In this document: one piece after another, positions 38,230 through 45,384 of the stretch | How the letters are laid out: each line of letters starts with the position of its first letter | Numbering within the stretch: the stretch's first letter is position 1 | Source: a virus | Taxonomy: Duplodnaviria > Caudoviricetes | Length of the DNA: 64,000 bases | Virus record (IMG/VR): IMGVR_UViG_3300043450_000376 | Strand: one strand, 5' to 3' | Notes under the pieces: generated by a model | What the model was told of the DNA's origin: nothing | Database searches by the model: none | Seen by the model: the letters and a program-made list of their open reading frames with translations, nothing else | Made by a program: the position numbers and the translations under genes

Positions 38230-38643
38230 ATGCAAGAAAATCAAGTAACTTTAGTGGACCAAATGTACGCATGGGGTCAAGGTGAATCAGCTCTCTACCC
38301 GCACTGTCATGACTTCTATGACTGGTTCTGTAGCGATGCTTCGCTCGATCGTAGAGCTAAATCCCTTCAGAGCAAGGTAATCAAGTTGGTAAAGTACTTT
38401 TGCAAAAATGGAAATCCAATCGATTGCAGCAAGGTGTATGTATTCTTTAAGAATAACTGTCCAATGGGCGGACCGCTTTATGATTCATTCTCTATCTGTG
38501 ATCGCGAATCAGGTGATGTTCTCTTTTGGGTAACTCCTAAATCCGGTCATAGCGGTAAAGCTGAAATCTTTTCACGCGCAAAGGGATTTAGCGATCCTTT
38601 GGCCGAAGCTGATAATTTCTCTCAACTCTTAAAATCTATCTAA
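38230..38643 (+). CDS. conserved phage hypothetical protein
   Basis: FYDWFC.D.SL, YVFFKNNCP..GPLYDSFSICD. Confidence 0.7.
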   Translation: MQENQVTLVDQMYAWGQGESALYPHCHDFYDWFCSDASLDRRAKSLQSKVIKLVKYFCKNGNPIDCSKVYVFFKNNCPMGGPLYDSFSICDRESGDVLFWVTPKSGHSGKAEIFSRAKGFSDPLAEADNFSQLLKSI

Positions 38644-38645
38644 CT

Positions 38646-38831
38646 ATGGCAACACAAGAAGCAATCGATGAAGCAATCGCGATATGGGGTCAAGACGCAG
38701 TCTATCAAGCAATGGAGGTCGTAGCAATGTCAGACCCCGATGGGGCCTACACAATGTTCGAAGATCTAGGAATCTTTGATCAAGCCGAGGTAGTAGAATT
38801 CCTCTATTTCGATGGGGCAGGTAATGAATAA
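38646..38831 (+). CDS. small acidic protein
   Basis: coupled. Confidence 0.55.
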   Translation: MATQEAIDEAIAIWGQDAVYQAMEVVAMSDPDGAYTMFEDLGIFDQAEVVEFLYFDGAGNE

Positions 38832-38881
38832 AGAGACTCCGTAGTAAGTATAATAATATTAATCAATTAAATCAAAGAACA

Positions 38882-39262
38882 ATGGGATTAGACATGTATG
38901 CACAGGTTCGCAGTAACAAGCCAAAAACTGCAGTAGACTTTAAAACTGAAGAAGGTGTTGAAGATCAGGAGTTACACTACTGGCGTAAGCACCCTAACCT
39001 GCACGGTTGGATGGAAAACCTATACTACCTTAAGGGCGGTACGGCCGAGAGTTTCAACTGCGTAAACGTGCTAATTGAGTCAGATGACTTAGACCAGTTA
39101 GAGCGTCATATTAAAGAGCGTCACCTACCTCAAACCGCTGGATTCTTTTTTGGTAATAGCCAATCCGATGAGCGTGAGATAGAAGACGATCTACAGTTTA
39201 TTAAAGAGGCGAGGAGAACGATCGCGGCTGGAGAGTATGTCTACTATACTTCATGGTGGTAG
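38882..39262 (+). CDS. conserved phage hypothetical protein
   Basis: MGLDMY..YWRKHPNLHGWM..GFFFG..Y.SWW. Confidence 0.7.
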   Translation: MGLDMYAQVRSNKPKTAVDFKTEEGVEDQELHYWRKHPNLHGWMENLYYLKGGTAESFNCVNVLIESDDLDQLERHIKERHLPQTAGFFFGNSQSDEREIEDDLQFIKEARRTIAAGEYVYYTSWW

Positions 39263-39322
39263 GCCCGCCTGCCCACTCCCTAGTAGATTAGGTATATTAA
39301 TAACTAGATAAATAACCCATAC

Positions 39323-39577
39323 ATGAACGAAATAAAAAGAGACCTTAAGACTTCACAAATGCTAGCCGAGCTGGTAAGTCTTCGTCATACAGATTTCGAT
39401 GCATTTATGAATCTGTTATATGATGCACTACAGCGCGAACTTAGCGGTGCTATCTTTGATGAGACTCCACTTACTGAAAAACAGGAAGCACTCAACTCAA
39501 TGATTCAATACTTTCAAGATAAGGAAGAATACGAGAAGTGTGCAGTGCTTAGGGACATGGTCCTAACGATCGAATAA
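39323..39577 (+). CDS. small protein with UVR-like motif
   Basis: QDKEEYEKCAVLRD. Confidence 0.6.
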   Translation: MNEIKRDLKTSQMLAELVSLRHTDFDAFMNLLYDALQRELSGAIFDETPLTEKQEALNSMIQYFQDKEEYEKCAVLRDMVLTIE

Positions 39578-39646
39578 TTGTTAATAACTTTTTTAAAAAT
39601 AAATGAACCTGGATTTTTTTAATTCAGGTTTTTTTATTATATTAGC
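39578..39646 (+). promoter_or_regulatory. early promoter, hairpin subclass (duplicate of 33944)
   Basis: 65-bp identity with 33944-34008; TATATTAGC. Confidence 0.8.
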
Positions 39647-39757
39647 TTATGTAGTTTAGACCCCAGCCGGACTCCGTAGTAAATAGATAACTAAAGAGCA
39701 GTGCCAAAAACTACTCTACATTAGTATAATAATAGTAATCAATTAAAAATCAAACAT

Positions 39758-40876
39758 ATGACAGGAAAAAAAGAAGTCCAAGTCCGCAAGTATTTCTCAC
39801 AGGAATTCGGCGGCGAAGTTCCAACCGGCAAGGTATTGGATCTATTCCAAAACTTTCAGACCCATCCTCTAGGCGAGGGTATCTCTTATTCGCTCTTTAA
39901 CGGAGTTATAAAGAAGTTACGCGGTCCACAAACCCCAGCTGATGTAACACAAACCAGCCGAGTAGTTGCAACACCAGCTGCAGCAACCAAGGATTTTGAA
40001 TTAGAGATTGTCGAGATTGGCAATATGGAATTTCCTGATTTTAAATGCTTTAAGACTGGTACCCTATTAGACAAGTTATTTTCAGACCACGAAGATGGCG
40101 GAGGTATCTATGGTGGTACTGCTAATATTGTAATCGGCGAGTCGGGCGTGGGTAAATCAACTGTAATGCTAGATGTTCTTGCTAAGATTAAGCGTAATCA
40201 ACCTGAAGCAAAGATCCTCTATATCTCTAGCGAAATGACTCGTAATGATCTCTTCTTCTACTACAGTAAAATGCCGATTATTGCCGAGGTTCCTACCTTA
40301 CTCTTAATGGATTATATCCAAACGGGTTTTGTGAAAGCAATTGAAAAGGCCTTGACTGGAGAACACGATGTAATCCTTATTGACTCGCACCAAGATATTA
40401 TTGTAAAGCTAAAGGATGTCTTAGGCTGGAAGTCAACCTATGCAGAGGCATGGTTAACTAATCTTGTAATCAAAGCTGCAGACGGTATGGGTAAATCAAT
40501 CTTCTGTATTCAACACATGACAAAGGGCGGTACCTATGTAGGAAGTACTTATCTTAAACATGCGACTACCTCAATGATGGAGATTAAGTTTGGCCCAGGC
40601 AATCGCAGATACTTAGAGTTCACAAAGAACCGTAGAGGCGGCAGCTTAGTAAATAAACCCCTCTTCTATTCAATGGCAGATGGTCAAGTAGTTTACGATC
40701 AAGCAAGTTGGGATCTTCAAATCCGAGCTGAGGATGTTGCACATACCGAAGAGGCAAGGCGAGAAGAATTAGAGAGCGAGTTTGATGCTCTATTTCTAAG
40801 CGCAACCTTAGCAACCTCATCAGTAGAGGAGCCAACTGAATTTACTGAAGAAAATAAAGTTGAGGTAGAGCAGTAA
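39758..40876 (+). CDS. RadA/Sms-like RecA-fold ATPase (no Zn finger or Lon domain)
   Basis: Walker A GESGVGKST, LYISSEM, Walker B ILIDS, HMTKGG.YVGS..LKH. Confidence 0.75.
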   Translation: MTGKKEVQVRKYFSQEFGGEVPTGKVLDLFQNFQTHPLGEGISYSLFNGVIKKLRGPQTPADVTQTSRVVATPAAATKDFELEIVEIGNMEFPDFKCFKTGTLLDKLFSDHEDGGGIYGGTANIVIGESGVGKSTVMLDVLAKIKRNQPEAKILYISSEMTRNDLFFYYSKMPIIAEVPTLLLMDYIQTGFVKAIEKALTGEHDVILIDSHQDIIVKLKDVLGWKSTYAEAWLTNLVIKAADGMGKSIFCIQHMTKGGTYVGSTYLKHATTSMMEIKFGPGNRRYLEFTKNRRGGSLVNKPLFYSMADGQVVYDQASWDLQIRAEDVAHTEEARREELESEFDALFLSATLATSSVEEPTEFTEENKVEVEQ

Positions 40877-40930
40877 CTCTGCCTACTTCTTTAGTATAAT
40901 AGTATTAACCAAAAAAACCAAATAAAATAT

Positions 40931-42052
40931 ATGTTATCACAAGCACAATTTAACGAGGCAAAATTAGCCGCAATCAACACTGAACCGCTGACTAAACCCG
41001 TAATGCTAAGTGAGATCAAATTGAGTGACAATTCACAGAAGGATGGCTTCATCCACTTGAATGACTCAAGGGTCCCAGCTAGCGGCGCGTTTTTTAAACA
41101 GCTGGCTTCCCTACTTAACATCAACCAAACCTTAAACTCTAAGTTTGAGAAGAATGGTGATGCTGCAATCGGTAATAAACTTATCGGCGCAGTCAAGCAC
41201 TACACAGAGAACCGAGGTGGAGATGTTCCCCTAATGATGGTTGCAAATCGTGATCATCGCGAAATTACAGGTATCGTAAAGGCAGACAAGTTTGCACGTA
41301 TCTCTAATGAGACTCTATTTAAAACTGCAGAAGGAATCCTTAACGAGGTACCGGACATGCATATTGAGTCTATTGACAATGGTAACGGCACCAGTCGTAT
41401 TAACTTGATCCATACCAGTGAGGTAGGTTTTGAGCGTATCGGCCCAGACGAAGTATTCCGTTTCGGAGTTTCATTAGTGAACAGCCCTACACAAACTCAA
41501 GTAGATGATTTCTTCTACAGATTAGTATGTGCTAATGGCGCAGTTGCTAAAGACATGACAGCAGCCTTCCAATTAAAACAGGCAAATGCTACAGGTATTG
41601 CCGAGTTATTCCAATCCCTTAAAGCTTATGGTAAAACAGGTTTTGTACCGCGTGCCTTTGCTGAAAGATTAGAACGTGCAACCGGTACACGCGCAAGTTT
41701 GCAAGAGGTACAAAGAGCAGTGGACTCCGTAGTAGGTAACCTTAAACATGAGGATCCGGAAATGAGACGTCGTCTACAGGAAAGCGTAGTGGACAACCAC
41801 TTCCCAATGTATAAGTCTACCATGGCCAGAGTATTTAATGCAGGCCATAACCCAGATTTCTTAACAGACAAGCAAAAGAGTTTCGTTAAGACAGGTATGA
41901 GTGTATGGGATCTTGTCAACGAGTTGACTTGGTTAGGTAGCCATAACACTGTTGAAGAGTATGAAAACCGTGCACGCTTTAAAGCTGCAGGTGGAAGCCT
42001 CTTCGCTAAGAGTAACTATGATTTAGAAGCAGCACAGTTTGCGACTATATAG
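40931..42052 (+). CDS. DUF932/DUF945-like protein
   Basis: GVSLVNS....FYRLVCANG; WDLVNELTWLGSH. Confidence 0.6.
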   Translation: MLSQAQFNEAKLAAINTEPLTKPVMLSEIKLSDNSQKDGFIHLNDSRVPASGAFFKQLASLLNINQTLNSKFEKNGDAAIGNKLIGAVKHYTENRGGDVPLMMVANRDHREITGIVKADKFARISNETLFKTAEGILNEVPDMHIESIDNGNGTSRINLIHTSEVGFERIGPDEVFRFGVSLVNSPTQTQVDDFFYRLVCANGAVAKDMTAAFQLKQANATGIAELFQSLKAYGKTGFVPRAFAERLERATGTRASLQEVQRAVDSVVGNLKHEDPEMRRRLQESVVDNHFPMYKSTMARVFNAGHNPDFLTDKQKSFVKTGMSVWDLVNELTWLGSHNTVEEYENRARFKAAGGSLFAKSNYDLEAAQFATI

Positions 42053-42076
42053 TTTGATGATTGATTGATTAGGATT

Positions 42077-42100
42077 AGGCCCTCTACAAGAGGGCCTTTT
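42077..42100 (+). terminator. intrinsic terminator ending the early island
   Basis: AGGCCCTCT-ACA-AGAGGGCCT + T run. Confidence 0.8.
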
Positions 42101-42231
42101 TCTTTTAGGATAAAACCGTACTCCGTAGTAGAGTACAAGATCTTGGAGTTCTTATCCAGCTATTTAAATCTAGACCGTTTCAATAGCAAACCCAAAGGGA
42201 TCTGCGCAAGCTGATCCCTTCTTTTTTGGAG

Positions 42232-42360
42232 TCAGCGACCTTGTCCTTGATACTTCTTAGGTTTCTGTTCCTTAGGACCGAAGCTCTTCTTTGCCTTGCC
42301 AACCTTCTTTACAGTAGGACGGAAGGTAGAGCCAGCAGTTGCGCCTTTCTTTGTTGCCAT
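42232..42360 (-). CDS. small basic late protein (42 aa, not in ORF track)
   Basis: MATKKGATAGSTFRPTVKKVGKAKKSFGPKEQKPKKYQGQGR; TATAAATA at 42385-42392; hairpin 42195-42220 downstream. Confidence 0.7.
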   Translation of the reverse strand: MATKKGATAGSTFRPTVKKVGKAKKSFGPKEQKPKKYQGQGR

Positions 42361-42524
42361 TTCTAGACCGGGTTATTTTGCAATTATTTATAAGTTATAG
42401 GTATAATAGAAATAGGCCCAAAAGCCCGGGCCCATGCCGACGGGGCATAGGTATTTATGGTGACCCCGCTCCGTGGGGATCCCCGGCCCCTGGAGAAATG
42501 CTCCTCTATTAGGGCCGCCAGAAA

Positions 42525-42582
42525 TTGTTAATAACTTTATGCAAAAAGATTGTCAGGAGTCATGGAAAAGTGGTATATTAGC
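42525..42582 (+). promoter_or_regulatory. early-type promoter (48-bp spacing) with no convincing downstream ORF
   Basis: TTGTTAATAACTTT..TTGTCA..TATATTAGC. Confidence 0.6.
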
Positions 42583-42734
42583 TATAGGTAACCGGTTAAG
42601 AACTCCGACCCAGGGCTGGACCCAGCATAAGGATCCAGAAGAGTATACTCCGACCTGCCTCTCTCTAGGGGGCAGGACTAATGTACTACTCTATACAACG
42701 CATTAGTTTTGAACCAGTTAGACAACCCTAAGTG

Positions 42735-43367
42735 CTAGATACCAAGCTCCTTGGCGCTAGCGATTATATCGACCAGCTCCTCCTTGATTTCGTCGATATA
42801 TTCCTGTCGGCCAACCTTCGGCTGGATTATATGTATATCTACACCATGATAAATCAGTACCCGTTCAAGTATATCCCAAGCAAGGAATCTGGCTAGCCTG
42901 TCCGGGGTCTCGATAATCAGGGTGCTGACCTTTTTACGTACAACCAGATCCATAATTCGGTTCAAGCCCGGTGCATTATCATCTAGCCTGTTCGCGCGCC
43001 TAACCTCTTGGATTACCTCATCGACCCTGATACCCCGGGCTGTGCAGTAACCCTGTACCCGGTCTAGCTGGCTACGCAGCCTGCTCGTACTGGATATTCC
43101 GGCTGCCCCAGAGTCTGGAATGGGGCTCGTTCTACAATATATTATTACTAGCCTGTCTTGAGGTACTCTACTCCCTAGTAGATATAGTATCTGGTCTGAG
43201 TCTATATAGACCCTACCATTAACCCGGTTCTTCATAGGTGTTATCTTACCCTGTTCTATATAGCGACCTAGAGTTCGGGTAGTTACACCTAGTCTCTGCG
43301 CGGCTTCGCGACTACTTATTAATTCGCCAGTAGGCAAGGTCTGCGGTATCGTAGGTTCTATCTTCAT
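42735..43367 (-). CDS. tnpA: IS607-type serine recombinase (MerR-like HTH + resolvase catalytic domain), no adjacent tnpB
   Basis: SSREAAQRLGVTTRTL.RY, YCRTS nucleophile, DRLARF; GATAAATAA at 43374-43382. Confidence 0.8.
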   Translation of the reverse strand: MKIEPTIPQTLPTGELISSREAAQRLGVTTRTLGRYIEQGKITPMKNRVNGRVYIDSDQILYLLGSRVPQDRLVIIYCRTSPIPDSGAAGISSTSRLRSQLDRVQGYCTARGIRVDEVIQEVRRANRLDDNAPGLNRIMDLVVRKKVSTLIIETPDRLARFLAWDILERVLIYHGVDIHIIQPKVGRQEYIDEIKEELVDIIASAKELGI

Positions 43368-43500
43368 ATAGGGTTATTTATCTAGCCCCATACAGACAGC
43401 CTGGAACCCGGTGTCAGCGGATGTCTACTAGTGTCTACAGTTCCGGGTGGATCGCCCGACCCGAGGATTCCGTTGCGGGCCCCGAGTCGAGAGGCGCACC

Positions 43501-43630
43501 ACTCCGTAGTCCTTAAGTAGGACCAAGTGGGTCAGTCTGGGTCGGCTGGCTGCTGGCACTCCGTAGTCCCGGTATCTAGGCTAGGTGCTGGCTGGGGTCT
43601 AGCCTATATAGGTTACTCCGTAGTCCCGGT
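43501..43630 (+). repeat. three ACTCCGTAGTCC direct repeats at exact 57-bp period
   Basis: copies at 43501, 43558, 43615; last two extend to ACTCCGTAGTCCCGGT. Confidence 0.85.
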
Positions 43631-43843
43631 CTGGGCAGGTAGAGTCTATATAGGATTGGTGATAATATAGAGAAGAGTAGACTAGGAGGGTCTTATACCT
43701 AGGGTTAGGCTTGTTCTTTCTATTATTAATATAAGTAGAGAAAGTATCTATAGAAACAGGAGTAGTCTAGATATAGGTAGTATTATTATTGGTAAAGAGC
43801 CGCCCCTTTGAGTTTAGAGGCGGCAAAATACCTAGACCCGGTT

Positions 43844-44458
43844 TTAGCAGGCAAAATAGCCATGTACCCAGCCGCAATTATTAACCTGTAAGGTTGTACC
43901 GCCAGATGGAATATCAACATCATTAACATGGTACCAGCTACCCCCACCAAGGAAGGGCTGAGTCAAGGACTGGTCTAGCCAGATGCGGTCGACCTGTTGC
44001 CACTCCTCGCGCTGTACCCATACCGTCTGATTATACGGCCCTTGTAGATTACACTGGGTTGAGCTTGGCTGGGTGATCCTGACCTGGATAGCCTCGGGCT
44101 GGGCAATAGTTTCAATCGCTGCAATACCCGACGCGTTGTATTTTATTAGCTGGCTATCAATGCGATACCAGTTACCGTTAATTAAGGTCGCAATCTCTTG
44201 GCTTAGGCCGCTATCTAGATAGAGTCGGGCGCCAACCTCTAGGGTAGGGCTGCTTGGCCATACTTGAGCAAAGCTGCTATTGTTGCCGGCTAGACTCCAC
44301 CAGTCATTAATATCGCCATCGCCTTGTGCGCCAACAAATAGGCTGTCAAATTCATAGCCGTATCGCAATTGTAGAGAGTTGGTACAGGCAACAGTTAGTG
44401 TGGCGGCTGCTCCACCTGCTCGGCGGCCTAATAGGGTATAGTAGTAGTTATGATTCAT
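43844..44458 (-). CDS. hypothetical late beta-rich protein
   Basis: ATAAATA at 44482-44488; W/Y/G-rich. Confidence 0.6.
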   Translation of the reverse strand: MNHNYYYTLLGRRAGGAAATLTVACTNSLQLRYGYEFDSLFVGAQGDGDINDWWSLAGNNSSFAQVWPSSPTLEVGARLYLDSGLSQEIATLINGNWYRIDSQLIKYNASGIAAIETIAQPEAIQVRITQPSSTQCNLQGPYNQTVWVQREEWQQVDRIWLDQSLTQPFLGGGSWYHVNDVDIPSGGTTLQVNNCGWVHGYFAC

Positions 44459-44481
44459 AGGTATAGAGACTTTGTTATAGC

Positions 44482-44503
44482 TATTTATTATCCGGATAAA
44501 TAA
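44482..44503. promoter_or_regulatory. back-to-back T4-type late promoters
   Basis: TATTTAT-TATCCG-GATAAATAA between divergent genes. Confidence 0.65.
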
Positions 44504-44525
44504 TAAGAAAAGAGTTCTACTCTAT

Positions 44526-44948
44526 ATGAAGGCAAAATCATTTAGTCAATTTATTACCGAAGACCACAACGATGATGCACAACAACATCAGGTTTATCGC
44601 AGACTACAGGGGCTTGGACTTGCTGACTCTCCACTTGAAGGATTGGAGAAGATGTTGATACAGCGCCGCTGGAAATGGGAAAAGGTTGATAGCGACCGCA
44701 CCTTTGCAATTGAGCTAACCCGATGGGAAGCTGAGTCGACCTATCTGTCGCGAATGGGTGCGCGCCACCAAAAGAAATATCCTAATGTCTACTATTTTAG
44801 TGTAACTGATCTAGGTGCCGAGCCCAATCAGGTTCGAATCCTGTGGTATTCAAGTAAAGACTCTGTTAAGGAGGTGCAGGTTGCCGCAGAGCCAGAGGTA
44901 ATAGTACGCAAGATTGAACAATTATTTGGTGAACGCAGTGCAGATTAA
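44526..44948 (+). CDS. late protein with leader and RLxxLGL motif
   Basis: MKAKSFSQFITE|D..RRLQGLGL. Confidence 0.7.
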   Translation: MKAKSFSQFITEDHNDDAQQHQVYRRLQGLGLADSPLEGLEKMLIQRRWKWEKVDSDRTFAIELTRWEAESTYLSRMGARHQKKYPNVYYFSVTDLGAEPNQVRILWYSSKDSVKEVQVAAEPEVIVRKIEQLFGERSAD

Positions 44949-45375
44949 CAGAGCCAACATATCAGAAGCATTTTCATTTGGGGCATGGCAGCGACTACAG
45001 GATCTGGGCCTAAGCGAAGAAGGTATTGTTGCAAAGCGTATTGAACTATATCGCAAGCTGGTAAGTCAGGTTGTAGATCCAGAAGAATTTAAAAGGGTTC
45101 TAGTTGAACTTGGTCTCGCTATTATTAAGGTTAACGTTACCCGCAATAAAGGCTATGCTATGCACCAATCGGTTGCCATTGCTGGGCCAGAAGAGGCGTT
45201 TGAAGAATTAGATAGGTGGTGGCATAGTCAAACTGGTCGAGACTGTCCACTATACCTGCACCTTGAGCCTCACCATGCAAATAGCCCGCTGGTTAGGGAT
45301 CGTTGGGAAAGGGCAGTTTCAAGCGGAACCCCATTTACAGTTGGTGCGCTTAGCGACCATGCTGCAAAATTATAA
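44914..45375 (+). CDS. protein with RLxxLGL motif
   Basis: NISE|A..QRLQDLGL; start codon uncertain. Confidence 0.55.
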   Translation: MNNYLVNAVQINRANISEAFSFGAWQRLQDLGLSEEGIVAKRIELYRKLVSQVVDPEEFKRVLVELGLAIIKVNVTRNKGYAMHQSVAIAGPEEAFEELDRWWHSQTGRDCPLYLHLEPHHANSPLVRDRWERAVSSGTPFTVGALSDHAAKL

Positions 45376-45384
45376 TTAAGTACT

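Noticed and set aside
42473-42706. 77-aa ORF in the right GC-rich block
   Set aside because: Runs through the promoter elements and has non-protein-like composition
42735-43367. Complete IS607 element
   Set aside because: No tnpB and no definable element ends; reported as a solo recombinase
43501-43630. 57-bp-periodic repeats as a mini CRISPR array
   Set aside because: Repeat is only 12-16 bp with three copies, has no CRISPR-type palindrome, and no cas genes are nearby; kept as a protein-binding repeat instead
44830-44842. GGTTCGAATCC tRNA T-loop-like sequence
   Set aside because: Lies inside ORF 44526-44948, with no D-arm, anticodon arm or acceptor stem around it
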